Assembly: GCA_963713615.1 (NCBI GenBank)
Contig: CAVQMM010000001.1
Span: 2,976,001-3,040,000, forward strand
DNA: 64,000 nucleotides
Reading direction: 5' to 3'
Origin: an uncultured Chlamydiae bacterium
GTDB taxonomy: Bacteria; Chlamydiota; Chlamydiia; Chlamydiales; JAJFMA01
Part shown: one piece after another, positions 32,286 through 43,274 of the stretch
Layout of the letters: every line of letters starts with the position of its first letter
Position numbering within the stretch: position 1 is the first letter of the stretch
Position numbers and translations under genes: made by a program
The notes under the pieces: model-generated
Told to the model about the DNA's origin: nothing
Database searches by the model: none
Seen by the model: the letters and a program-made list of their open reading frames with translations, nothing else

Positions 32286-35200
32286 TCAGATTCTATCTCT
32301 TTTTAAATTTCTTTGCTCCAATTGTTTAATAGCATTTACAGCATGAGTCCCAAATATGGGATGGGGAGACCATTGTTGGAGTAGCTGCCTGTCTATCGAA
32401 TTGCCCCACTCCCCTATTGAGATCAGTGCAAATTCAATCACTTGTTCACTAATACAAGGATCAAAATAACCTTTCTGAAGCTCAGGATGTTGGAGGGCTT
32501 GCCGGCAAATTTCAGCCACTTCATCGGGAAATTGTGTTCCAATTGAAGATGACACGCAGTCAGCCCCAGGAAGAGATTTAACTCGTTCAACAAAACAGCA
32601 GCTAGCGGTACAAACCTCACTAAGAACTCCTACTGCTACACAGCACTTATGTCTCATGAGAATTTCAATTTGTCCTTTGCACTCTCTTTTTCGTTGTTCT
32701 ATCTGCAAATCAATACGATTAAGCCAGTAATAAATTTCTCCGACAGCGCGCGTGGCTTGAGCTGCATCAGATTCATTATTTGCATGGAATTGTAAAGCAC
32801 AACCGAGCCTTGCTAGCGCGATGTGGGCCATAATATAGTTGGCGAAGGCCTGTTGCGGCATCGAATTTTGATTTACAGGTAATGTGGTCCAACGCCGAAG
32901 AACAGGGAAAACGGATGGATCACCAAACGATGCAAGTTCGGATATCAGAGGTGAAACAAAAAAGGACTCATGATCTACTTGTTCTCCCCCTAAAATAAGA
33001 AGCCTTTTCTTTTCATCTGGTGTTAACTCCGACCAAGCTTGATAGTAGGCGCCATCATACGGATGATCGAACTGGCTTGACCAGACATAGAACGCCAAGG
33101 CTTTGGAATTATTGTCGATTGGATTTGCGAGAATATCTCGAATGGCTAATCGTACACTTATAATGATCATCTTCCGATTTTTGCAATGCACCAAGACTCT
33201 TTAGTGCATCAACTACCGCAGAGGAAATATAAATATTTTGTGACGATGGAATCTCAGAGATCGCATCAATTAGGTTGCGCCGATCCTCTTCACTTATATT
33301 GTTCGACAGACTTTCGGCTGTCTCCATAAGACAAAGACGAAGATGATAACTGGCTTCTTGCCAATGGAGACGCAAAATCTTTGTAATAAATGGGGCAATT
33401 GAAGGGAGTTTATTTCCTACACAGATGCATCCTATATCATTGTACAAACGCAAAAGCAGATAAAGCTGACCGAAAGATAGGTCGCCATTTTCGAGTCGTT
33501 CGTAAATGCGCTCAGCCAAGCCTTTTGATAATTTATGAATTATTTCACTATCTAATTGCTTGTAAATAGTGTTTATAGCTGGACGAATCCCTCCAAAACC
33601 GCAGTAACAGTCTGCAAACAGACCACTGCGCAAATCAATCCGGCTTGTATATGCATCCGTTTCCAATCGCTTATATTCGACCATTAGGCGATCATCCATA
33701 GCTTTCACAAGATCAAGGAGAGATTCAAAGAAGTTATCTTCAATGAACAGATATGATAGCGTGTCCAGAATTGCCTGATCTTGCGGGCTCCATGAACTGA
33801 GGCTATCTGATACGGCATGGGCATAAGGCCAACTCTTGTCGCAAATCTCGAATCTTATCTGTTCGATCTCATTATGCATTCGTTGAATAACATGACGGCA
33901 AACTCCTTCAGCCCATTCTTTGGCAACATGCCCACATTTTCCTAAAATGCAAGCTTTAATGGTGAGGTCATCCGAGATATTCGATAGGACATGTAGCAAA
34001 GAAGAGTCATCGACAGCACCGACGATTAGGTGTTTGCGTTCTGTATGCAATGGAGATTGTATCGCTAGTATTATGTCTTCAGCTCCTTGAGCATAGCGAA
34101 TGATTGCTTCGGCGGTAAAGGCATTAAGGTATAGCTCGTGACTGAAGCTTACACGATCTCCACTCGCTATGAGAAATTTTGCGTTTTTTAGGCATCGCAA
34201 AAGATCAGTGGATATATTTTCGCGTTCAGCAAGACGGTCGAGATCTCTAATACTCAAACTAAATGAAATATCCTTTAGTAAGAATTTTGCAATAATTGAC
34301 AGCGCTCGAATACCCTCTGGCGCATCCTTATCAAGCTTTCTGCGTGCATAGGCATCAAAAACGGCATAATGACTCGCATTTGATGGCAAGTCTTCACCGA
34401 TCTCGCCCACTAGCCGCGCCTCAAGAGCACTTTCAACAGAGTCTAAAATTGCAATCTGCGAATCCAAGAGTGTGTCCCCCTCCAATGCTTGCGTAGCGAT
34501 TTGTATTTTCAGTTCGATGTTCGGTGGAGAGATTACTATTTCATGAAGGTGTGCAATCTGATTCTCATCGATCTGGCTCTGTGAGGTTATCAGAATACCT
34601 GCATGATACTTTTTACAAAGTGCCATTAAGGCTCTGAGTAGATCTAATCGGTGATTTTTTGGGCATTCGTTATATCCGTCAAATATAAATACCAATTGTT
34701 GATTCAACCTTTCTGTTGCCTTAAGCAAGTCCTCCACAGAGGGTGCGTGTAGTAATGCTGCCTCCCTATTAAGAATTTTGCGCAGAGAACCATCGAAGTC
34801 TTTTCCTCGAATTATGATTGGAACATGCTTACAAACTATCAAATCAAGCGCAATTCCATATGCCGTTAAAGTCTTACCACAACCAGATGGACCCCGTAAG
34901 AGCAGTATTCTATCCATGACTTGTTGTTTTACCTCATTCAGTATGCGATACCATTCTTCCCCCAGAATAAAGCCATCTGTAAGTGCTCCATACGTTCGCT
35001 GAAATTCTTTGCAGTAAGTTGAAACGATTTTGTTTGCATCTTGCAGCTGTGGATTGACAGCCATTTCGATATTTTGCATTGGCATGAGTCTGTGATGCTT
35101 TGCAAACATGCGCCATGTTTCGAGGGACCAGCAAGCCTTGTGGGTGGGTTTTAATATTTCATGAAGATTCTGAATTTCAATAATCTTGGCTTTGAAGTCA

Positions 35201-35616
35201 CCGCGAAAATTCGATGATTCTTGTCTAATCGATGAAGTGAACACTAATGCGGCTGATGGATATCCTACTTCGCCCAGTACGAATTCCCTCATGGCATCGC
35301 GAAGAGCGAAACGTGCCTTAACAGTTTGAAGATAAAAGTTATCGCAAGAACTCCAACCACACGGTTTTAAAATTTTCCAAAGACCATTTTCTCTACCTCG
35401 GAACGGACAATTGAGGCTTTTTGCCTCAATTACGAGAGTTAACGTGGGAAGTCCCACAACAAAATCGATCTGACGCTGACCAAAATTTACATTAGCGAGA
35501 ACAACTGCTGGTTGGCCTCTATCGGATAAGATGTCAACAATAGTTTTGAGTACGGAAATCTCAGACTCATGTTCAATCGAGCCACCAATATAAATATCTA
35601 TGTTATTCAATGGCAT
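32286..35616 (-). pseudogene. NERD nuclease + STAND/NACHT-like NTPase + helical C-terminus, split by a 1-bp frameshift near 33160
   Basis: QIDFVVG...VIEAKS (NERD), GPSGCGKT, VFIFDGYNE, SFSHELY; two overlapping ORFs join as EDDH-ISVRLAIR if one T is removed. Confidence 0.75.
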
Positions 35617-35938
35617 TCTCCCAGGCAATCACGTTATCTCATCTTGATCATAAATCGTGTCTTTGAGCATTTCAAAATAGGTTAGTGCAAAGACAATACC
35701 ATTCGATCAACTAATTCACTAAGATTTTCGTTCCGAGGTCAAGTTTTGAGTAATCGTGTTTACCCTTGTTATCTCAGATCAAAGTCTTTCTGGCGGTTTA
35801 GTATTGATACACGGAGTTTTAGGTTTCAAATAATCCAATTCTTACACTGTGAGTCTTGCAAGAGGATTCATAGGGTCTTTTAGATTAGCCAAGAGTGTTT
35901 ATTTAAGAAAGTGCATGACGTAGCCCTTCTAATTGCCT

Positions 35939-36527
35939 TCAAGGCATTTTGTTGAGGGCTATTCCGGCTAGGCGTTGCACTTTTTCTATCGTAGACGCAA
36001 ACTTGTGAAGGGGCTCATCTTTGTTGATGGCCCTATTTGACATGATATAGGCCTCTTGCCGAAGTTGATCATTTGGTCCTTCAGCAGTGATGATTTTGAA
36101 GAAATGCGTTGGGACTGCAATGTCATTGGATCCAATTACAGGATATGTTACTTCGCTATTGGAAGGTAGAAACAATGGCCCTGAAATTACATGCACGACA
36201 TCACATTGTTTTGCGATTTCACGCACACGCCGTTCTAGGAGAGCCCAAGATCCCCGATTAAATCCTTTGCCTACCTGTGGAGCCATATTGCTCAGAAGGA
36301 ATGTTTCGTCCATACAAGACTGGTCATTGTTATGATTGGCGGCTGCAGCCATATGTCCGCGGTCAAAACCGCAATTATGGTAGTCCTTAAGCGTAGAGCG
36401 CAGATGAATTGGTAGGTCTGTATCTTTCTTGAATTCATTAGAGCATTGAGCTTAAACCTCAAAATTACTAGCCCTTAAACGCTCATATGTCCAAGCAGGA
36501 CAACGAGTGCGGCCATTGTAACACACG
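35939..36527 (-). pseudogene. DNA/RNA non-specific endonuclease (NucA/EndoG family), 5'-truncated with an internal stop
   Basis: GFDRGHMAAA, FLLSNMAPQ, FNRGSW, VPTHFFK; upstream CYNGRTRCPAWTYERL then TAA; cut by the MITE at 36528. Confidence 0.85.
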
Positions 36528-36612
36528 GTAAGCGAGGGGTCTGTGACTTATTTGACTCTTTACCGATTCAGCTTCTACTTAACACCTAAACTGTCTTCTG
36601 CAACAAAAAGTC
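36528..36612. mobile_element. Partial MITE-like element with an IS66-type GTAAGCG end
   Basis: Homologous to about 42231-42307; truncated where the IS66-like element begins. Confidence 0.6.
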
Positions 36613-36689
36613 TGTCCCTCCTGTGAGCGTGCGTGATTTTGAAACAAGGTTGAGCGAAATTCGTGAGCAAACAACCAAGGAGGTTGCTC

Positions 36690-37058
36690 ATGAAAGCTGC
36701 TACACTTTCGCTCGAACAAGTCGCTCAAGAATTTCATCGCGTTAGATCCCAAAAAAAGGGCCATCCACGCTTCTCCAAGGAGCTCTGGCAAGCTGCGTTC
36801 AATCTTACGATGACTTACTCTGTTGCTGAAATTGCATCTGCCATAGGCGTCTCTGTCCAGTACTTTAAGAAGCGCTTAGCGCGTGGAAAACAAACCATCC
36901 AAGATTTTGCTCAAGTACGCCCTCTACCTAGTGAATCCCATTCATTTGTTGAAATTACTCTTAAGCACCAAGCAGGGCCTCTTACTCTTCGCTGGACTGG
37001 GCCTGTTAAGGATCTGCCTGCCCTTATTAGTAAACTCTTTAGAGGGGGGTTCTCATGA
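36690..37058 (+). CDS. tnpA: IS66 accessory HTH protein TnpA
   Basis: AGGAGG RBS before ATG 36690; HTH-like segment (ELWQAA...AEIASAIGV); ATGA overlap with tnpB. Confidence 0.75.
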   Translation: MKAATLSLEQVAQEFHRVRSQKKGHPRFSKELWQAAFNLTMTYSVAEIASAIGVSVQYFKKRLARGKQTIQDFAQVRPLPSESHSFVEITLKHQAGPLTLRWTGPVKDLPALISKLFRGGFS

Positions 37059-37411
37059 TTCAAATCACCCCTCAAATGGTTATCTATGTTGCTATTGCTC
37101 CTGTTGACTTTCGTAAAGGAATCGATGGCCTTGCATCCTGTTGTAAACAAATCTTAGGCAAAGATCCCTTTGGTGGTGCGGTTTTTCTCTTTCGAAACCG
37201 GTCTGTCAACTCTCTAAAGGTTTTAGTGTACGATGGACAGGGGTTTTGGCTCTGCATTAAACGTCTTTCAAAGGGAAGGTTTTCTTGGTGGCCTAAACCA
37301 GCAAGTGGCGGTGTTGAAGTGATTTTGGAGGCTCGTGAGCTCCAAACACTTCTGTGGAATGGAGACCCGGGTCTTGCCTGTTTTTCAGATACATGGCGAA
37401 AAATTGGATGA
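37055..37411 (+). CDS. tnpB: IS66 accessory protein TnpB
   Basis: PVDFRKGIDGL, FLFRNR, YDGQGFWLCIKRLSKGRF. Confidence 0.93.
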   Translation: MIQITPQMVIYVAIAPVDFRKGIDGLASCCKQILGKDPFGGAVFLFRNRSVNSLKVLVYDGQGFWLCIKRLSKGRFSWWPKPASGGVEVILEARELQTLLWNGDPGLACFSDTWRKIG

Positions 37412-37453
37412 CAATATTGTTTTTTTATTTTCAAATAGATGCCCTGGGGATAG

Positions 37454-39067
37454 TTGAAGATGGTAAAGCGACCTAAACGCATAGATTTTACTACAGAAGA
37501 GATTGAATCCCTCATTCAGAGGATCGAGAGTCAATCCCTTGATGTAGACGATTTTCCCTTGCTTGCCGATCTTGTGAGGGCAATGATATGGATGGAGGGA
37601 TCTCTTCGAGAGCAGTCTTTGAGTATTGCAAGGCTCAAAGCTGTATTCGGAATAAAGACGGAAAGCGCACAGAAGTTAAAGAATCTACTGCGACCAAAAA
37701 AAAATGGAAGCGAGAAAGGGAAGAACACTTCTGAGGATACTTCAAACGAGAAGCCTTCTGATGCAGGTCCGGCAAAAGGGCACGGGCATCGACCAGCAAG
37801 CGATTATCAAGAAGCGCAGCTCATAAAAGTAGCCCACGAGGTCCTTAAAAAGGGCTCTACCTGTCCTGCGTGTGATAAAGGCAAATTATTCAATCTGGCT
37901 GCCGGAACGGTGCTTCGCATTGTGGGGCAACCCTGGTTAAATGTGCATATTTACAAACCTGAAAGACTTCGCTGTCCTATTTGTCAACAGGTGTTCACCG
38001 CTAGACTACCCGAAGAGCTCTACACTGGATCAAGAATCGATAAGTCAGCTAAGGCTATTGTCTCGATTCTTAAATATCGCGGTGGCATGCCCTTCTATCG
38101 TCAAGAGCAAATACAGACCATTTTGGGCAACCCTATTTCAGATACGGAAATTTGGGGGATGACCCATGATGTTGCAGAGTGTATGGAGCCCGTTTTCATA
38201 GAACTTTGCCAACTCGCCGCCAACTGTGAATGCCTTCACAACGACGATACGATGGCAAGAGTGCTTAGCCTTATGAAGGAAAACGAAGTAGCCAATCCAG
38301 AAAGGAAGGGAATATTCACAACAGGCATTCTTGGAAAAGCACACGACCAAGAGATCGCCTTGTTTTTTACTGGAAGACAGCACGCAGGAGAAAATTTAAA
38401 AGATCTTTTGGATATGCGTGACGAGGCTCTTCCAGTACCGATACAAGCTTGTGACGCTTTGTCGAGGAACATTCCAAAGAACCATTCCACTCAACTAGCC
38501 TATTGTAATGCCCATGCACGACGTAATTTTTATGAAATCGCGTCGTACTGGCCTAATGAGTGCGTTAATGTAGTCTCGTCGTTTGACTTAGTATTTCTGA
38601 ACGACAAAATAGCAAAAAAAGAAAGCCTGACCCCTGAAGATAGGCTAAAGTGGCACCAAGACAAAAGTGCTCCGATCATGAACAAGATGAGAGCCTATTG
38701 CAAAGACCTTATAGACTCCAAGCAAATAGAGCCCAATAGCAGTTTTGGGAGGGCTATTCAGTATCTTGATAATCACTGGGAGGGGCTGACCCTGTTCTTA
38801 CGTATTCCTGGAGTTCCAATCTCAAACAATGACAACGAACGTCAACTCAAAAGAGCTGTCCTTAATCGTAAGAACGCCTATTTTTTCAAAAATGAAACTG
38901 GAGCCAAAATTGCTGATATTCTGATCAGTGTCATCGAAACCTGCGCTCTAAATAAGATCAATCCCTATAACTATCTCATAACAATCCAAAAGAATACTGA
39001 AAGTGTTTTAGAGAATCCCAAGGCTTGGTTGCCCTGGAATTATTCACACAACCTTGCTCCTCCTTAA
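37454..39067 (+). CDS. tnpC: IS66 transposase TnpC
   Basis: Zinc finger CPAC/CPIC, HNDDT, CNAHARRNF, SNNDNERQLK, ETCALNKINP. Confidence 0.92.
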   Translation: MKMVKRPKRIDFTTEEIESLIQRIESQSLDVDDFPLLADLVRAMIWMEGSLREQSLSIARLKAVFGIKTESAQKLKNLLRPKKNGSEKGKNTSEDTSNEKPSDAGPAKGHGHRPASDYQEAQLIKVAHEVLKKGSTCPACDKGKLFNLAAGTVLRIVGQPWLNVHIYKPERLRCPICQQVFTARLPEELYTGSRIDKSAKAIVSILKYRGGMPFYRQEQIQTILGNPISDTEIWGMTHDVAECMEPVFIELCQLAANCECLHNDDTMARVLSLMKENEVANPERKGIFTTGILGKAHDQEIALFFTGRQHAGENLKDLLDMRDEALPVPIQACDALSRNIPKNHSTQLAYCNAHARRNFYEIASYWPNECVNVVSSFDLVFLNDKIAKKESLTPEDRLKWHQDKSAPIMNKMRAYCKDLIDSKQIEPNSSFGRAIQYLDNHWEGLTLFLRIPGVPISNNDNERQLKRAVLNRKNAYFFKNETGAKIADILISVIETCALNKINPYNYLITIQKNTESVLENPKAWLPWNYSHNLAPP

Positions 39068-39480
39068 TGAGCGATCTCGCCAGCAATTTCTAACTCTTCC
39101 TCTTCCACATGATGGATCTTAGCCGTTAAGTCCTTTAAGATCTCCTCGACGAGTTCTTCCAGAATTTTTGCATACCGCAAAAATTCAGGCCAAAGCACCT
39201 CTTCCATCAAATTTTTAGAAATCATCACATGAGCTGTAGTGCGCTTTTGGCGTGCATATCGATAGGTTTTATAACCATGTTTGGAGCAGAGCGTTGCAAA
39301 GAGCCGTCTTTTCCATGGACTATCCAGAGAGATCTTGTACTCGATGGGCCGACTGGTGTGTATATCGGAAATTCTGGCTAAGATTCGTTGCTTGGCAAGC
39401 TCGGCTGCGTGGCGTTCTCCCTCAGAGGAAGCACGTTGAAGGAGCGCCTCGACTTTAGCCAATTTATCCAGATAGGACAT
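39064..39480 (-). CDS. IS passenger protein with a DUF2786-like N-terminus
   Basis: AGGAG RBS; 138 aa identical in both IS copies; KLAKVEALLQRASSEGERHAA helical hairpin. Confidence 0.75.
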   Translation of the reverse strand: MSYLDKLAKVEALLQRASSEGERHAAELAKQRILARISDIHTSRPIEYKISLDSPWKRRLFATLCSKHGYKTYRYARQKRTTAHVMISKNLMEEVLWPEFLRYAKILEELVEEILKDLTAKIHHVEEEELEIAGEIAH

Positions 39481-39997
39481 GATACTCTCCTACGTTAATG
39501 AGGGGTATCATGCCATGGCGGAATATTTTATTTCACGCACGCTCACGGAAGGGACACCTTTAACGCTCTTTCATTTCCCAAGGTCATTTGCGTTAAAGGC
39601 ACATAGAACCGCGAATAAGAATGAATTTACATATAAGTAAAATGGTGCGATGGTTGTCGTTGCGCCTCTGTGATATGGTCTTTGAGGTGCCATTGGGATT
39701 TGTTGACCTTGGTGCTTTTTCTACGTAAGAGTCACGGAATCCATTCGATCAGTCGATTTTAGATCTTGTATATTTTTATCTGGAAGGGAGGGATGATTCG
39801 TAACCATCTTTGACTACAGAGAATTCGTTAAATAGGGTTATCAAGTCACGTTTCTTTCGGTATGTGTCAAAAGCCTCGTTTCCAAGGATTATACTGACTA
39901 ATTCTTTTTTTTGTTATATCCGATAGCTTCATTTAAATTTTCAGTTCCGATAAAGTTCAAAAAATTCAATATATATGCTTCCTTTATAGATATTGAT

Positions 39998-40783
39998 CTA
40001 CTTTATTACAGTTACATCTTCATATAGTTCGTGAAACCTATTCTGTCTAAATCTAAATTTCGTTCCATGGTTATGACCTGTTCTAGCATCGAAATCTACT
40101 AATATCAAACCATGTTCAAAAGCCTCTATCCATCTTTCTAATGAAAATTTCCGAAGCATCATGATGCTTTTGATTTTGAAGTGTAGCAGTTCATTTATCT
40201 TACTTGTTTCGCAGCCTATTAAAAAGCAATTGTGAAGCTTTGTGCCGGCTTTATGGTATATGTCATCGAAACCCCAGTATGGCTGCGGGGAAAGCTCCTC
40301 CAAACCAATTCTCAATTTTACGCTATCAAGCCAGCCTTTATGCCTTTCGGCAACACTACTTGCGTCGAAGGAGATTGAGATCGTTCTTTCAGCGTGGTTT
40401 ACAATAACTTTGAACCCTCGATCGCTTCTAGAGGAGCATCCAATTGTTTGCCGAAAACTCATTTCAACAGTGCCATATTTCTTCCCAGCCTCCTTATGCA
40501 ACCATCCATATTTAGGAAGGAGTATAGAAGGAACAAACTTAAAAGCTGTTGGAGACGGCTCCATATGAAAAAGGGTTGTGAGGGATTTTGACGAGGTTCG
40601 GAAGGTCTTTAATTCCCATTCAGCTGCATTTGGGATGGGAAGATTGTTTTCCTCAATGCCTAAAAGCTCTTCTATGGTATTGCCGATGCCGCCGACATTT
40701 CCGTGTCTCGTACTTTCAACCCAACCCCTATCCGCTATTTCACAAAGTTGTCTTATTAACTCTTCTTTTGAGAATTTTTCCAT
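39998..40783 (-). CDS. MvaI/BcnI-family type II restriction endonuclease
   Basis: GGIGNTIEELLGIEENN, WELK, TTLFH, HNHGTKFR. Confidence 0.9.
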   Translation of the reverse strand: MEKFSKEELIRQLCEIADRGWVESTRHGNVGGIGNTIEELLGIEENNLPIPNAAEWELKTFRTSSKSLTTLFHMEPSPTAFKFVPSILLPKYGWLHKEAGKKYGTVEMSFRQTIGCSSRSDRGFKVIVNHAERTISISFDASSVAERHKGWLDSVKLRIGLEELSPQPYWGFDDIYHKAGTKLHNCFLIGCETSKINELLHFKIKSIMMLRKFSLERWIEAFEHGLILVDFDARTGHNHGTKFRFRQNRFHELYEDVTVIK

Positions 40784-41580
40784 TAGAAAAGTACCAGCTG
40801 TTGTTCATTTTGTTTCTGTTTAGCCTTTTTGGTATTCATTTTCACCCATTCGTCATTGGAAATATTGATTCTCCCTTCTGCCAATTTGCAATATTCAGGA
40901 GAAATCTCAATTCCAATAAAGTCTCTGCTAAGCTTTTTGCATGCAATTGCTGTAGTTCCAGACCCCATAAATGGATCTAGTACTAATTGAGCTTCTGTAG
41001 CAGATATACAACGCTCTGCAAGCTCAAGAGGATATGGAGCTGGATGAACGTTGTCTCTTTCTTGCGGAAACTCCCAAACGTCACCCATAGCGTTTGCCTT
41101 GGCTTTCAATTTAAAACCAGGCTTAGCGATTAAATAGATTACCTCATAGGTAGGGAGAAAATACCCTGAATTGAAGTTTATTCCACCTTTTCTTTTCCAG
41201 ATAATGACTTGTCTGACGGGAAAGCCAGCAACGATATCATGCCTATCTTGAAGCAATCCTCCTTGAACCCTCCATTTATGATTATAGAAGATAGCTCCAT
41301 CGTCGGCTAAAAGTCTCATAGCTTCTGATAGGCAATTTTTCTGCCAACTGACGTATTCTTCATGAGGCATACAATCGCAGTAGTTAGAGTATCCATTAAG
41401 AAGAGCTGCACCAGACCATTTACCGCCACGTCCATCTTTCATGCCGTTTCCAGTGGAGTTCTTTAGATTATATGGGGGACTGGTCACTACAAGGCCGATA
41501 CTTTTATCAGGTATCTTCCTCATAATCTCCAAACAGTCACCACACACAATTTTGTTATAAAAATCGTCGGGATATTTCAT
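40783..41580 (-). CDS. Beta-class DNA methyltransferase, likely m4C
   Basis: VTSPPY before HPAPYP and LDPFMGSGTT; coupled to the REase. Confidence 0.92.
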   Translation of the reverse strand: MKYPDDFYNKIVCGDCLEIMRKIPDKSIGLVVTSPPYNLKNSTGNGMKDGRGGKWSGAALLNGYSNYCDCMPHEEYVSWQKNCLSEAMRLLADDGAIFYNHKWRVQGGLLQDRHDIVAGFPVRQVIIWKRKGGINFNSGYFLPTYEVIYLIAKPGFKLKAKANAMGDVWEFPQERDNVHPAPYPLELAERCISATEAQLVLDPFMGSGTTAIACKKLSRDFIGIEISPEYCKLAEGRINISNDEWVKMNTKKAKQKQNEQQLVLF

Positions 41581-41596
41581 GTTCGTGCCTCCATTT

Positions 41597-41911
41597 CTAT
41601 CTGCGCCCTTTATTTCGTCGTTCTTTTAGTGCGTTGGCGACGTAATCCTCACCTTTCGCTCGAAGAAAATGTTGTAGGGCTTCATGTAGAACCTCTTTTA
41701 TTTGCTTTCTTTCCCAATAGGCAACAGACTTCAGTCTGTCCAAAATAAGCGCGTCAATAATAAAAGTAGCCCTGGTTTCGCCATCTATTACTTGTGCTGT
41801 TGGAGCCTCTCCAGCAATTTGTTTTGGCTTAGAACCCTCAGTTAAAGAGGGATCAAGATATTGTTCTTTTTGCGATAATAGAGCACTGAACTCGTTTTTT
41901 TTATTTTCCAT
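41597..41911 (-). CDS. Small ribbon-helix-helix-like protein at the head of the R-M operon
   Basis: TRATFII beta strand followed by two amphipathic helices (LDRLKSVAYWE, IKEVLHEALQHFL). Confidence 0.6.
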   Translation of the reverse strand: MENKKNEFSALLSQKEQYLDPSLTEGSKPKQIAGEAPTAQVIDGETRATFIIDALILDRLKSVAYWERKQIKEVLHEALQHFLRAKGEDYVANALKERRNKGRR

Positions 41912-42220
41912 AAAAATTAACCGTTCTATCTATTATAGTTGTTTCTTAAGATCATTATTCATCTCATTTAAAGTGAAGAGGAAGTGATAGATTTCACAAA
42001 CAAGATAATCCATGGGGATAAATGAGTAAACCAAAAAACATGAGTAACATAAAAAACATTCGCACTGAAACGTGCAAATTTGCAAATTTACCCTTGAGTA
42101 ATTGTCTATAAGGTGTCCTGAGAAGACCATATGAGGCCAGCACCGATCTTATGGACCAGTATGAGATTCGCTACTTTTTCGAGAAAGCGTGAAAGTTACC
42201 GTTTCGTTTGTTTCATTAAA

Positions 42221-42344
42221 AAGCGAGGGGAGCGAGGGGTCAGTCGTGACTTATTGACTCTTTGGCTGATTCAGCTCCCTCTAAACAGTCTTCTGTAACG
42301 AAAAGTCAATAGGTAACGACTCACCCCGCAAAGACCCCGCACAC
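42221..42344. mobile_element. MITE-like element of about 120 bp with long imperfect IRs
   Basis: GCGAGGGGTCAGTCGTGACTTATTGACT ... AGTCAATAGGTAACGACTCACCCCGC; second partial copy at 36528. Confidence 0.6.
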
Positions 42345-42347
42345 TTG

Positions 42348-43198
42348 TTAAAAGAGTCCGCTATGGACCTGCAGCAAGTTCGGGAGAACCAGTTTTCCTG
42401 TCGGATGAAAAGAATAGGTGTCAGGAAGCTTGAGGTCTTGCGCCTCATGAAATTCGGCAAGGAACTTGTTCCTTACTTGCTCAGCGTATTCCGATCCCTT
42501 AAACGCAATCGCTTGTTCACGCGCTCGATCCACGTCTTGGAAAGCGTCTTGCCAAATCTTAGCTGTAGCCGAGGCCAAGAGGAAGGCGATTGCTTCCGCA
42601 TCCATCGACACTAATTTAATGGCCACATCGATGGCTCCGAGCGCTTCACTCATGCTGACTGTCGGCAGAGAGTTTGAGCAATCTGTCAGTGGGTCTTTTT
42701 CAAGATTTCCAATGGTAATGTCTTCAACGGCGACGTCTTCGCTATTCGGCAAATCAGCGCTGCTTTCAAGAAAGAGGATCTCACCAGAAATGAATTGATC
42801 GACAACAGAGTCTTCTCCTTCTGCAAACTTTTTGAGTTCGTCTGGAGGAAAGCGTCCTGTTGATACCGCTTTGACAAAGCTCTTGGAAATCCCTTGAGAT
42901 TTTAGTATTCCTGCCTGTTGGAAGAGGAGGTAGAGTTCTGCCGGCGTAAAGGACTCGATGTGTCCAATTAGGGACTTGATGAAGCTTCGTATGGCATCCA
43001 CCGTCCAGCCGCTATTACACTGCGAACAACCACTCCCACCAGATGTTCGACTGTTCACCGTTGCGTCCCACTCGTGATCTGTCCCTTTAGAGCACTTCCA
43101 CCAAATCTTTTTGGTTGAGCCTGCGAGGATTTTGTCTGGAGTGAGATCTTCGTTCTTTGTCGGATGGAACTGTGAGGCGATGTCAGGATAACGAGTGG
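42348..43198 (-). pseudogene. Internal fragment of a zinc-ribbon (DUF4379-like) domain gene, truncated at both ends
   Basis: Manual translation YPDIASQFHPTKNEDLTPDKILAGSTKKIWWKCSKGTDHEW...GSGCSQC in frame with ORF 42348-43058; 5' end cut by IS66 copy 2. Confidence 0.75.
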
Positions 43199-43274
43199 TG
43201 TCCCTTCCGTGAGCGTGCGTGAAATAAAATATTCCGCCATGGCATGATACCCCTCATTAACGTAGGAGAGTATC

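Larger units (their letters stand above)
36613..39556 (+). mobile_element. IS66-like element, copy 1 (2944 bp), with a passenger gene
   Basis: IR TGTCCCTYCYGTGAGCGTGCGTGA at both ends; tnpA-tnpB-tnpC plus a convergent ORF; boundaries confirmed by the inverted second copy; no TSD seen. Confidence 0.88.
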
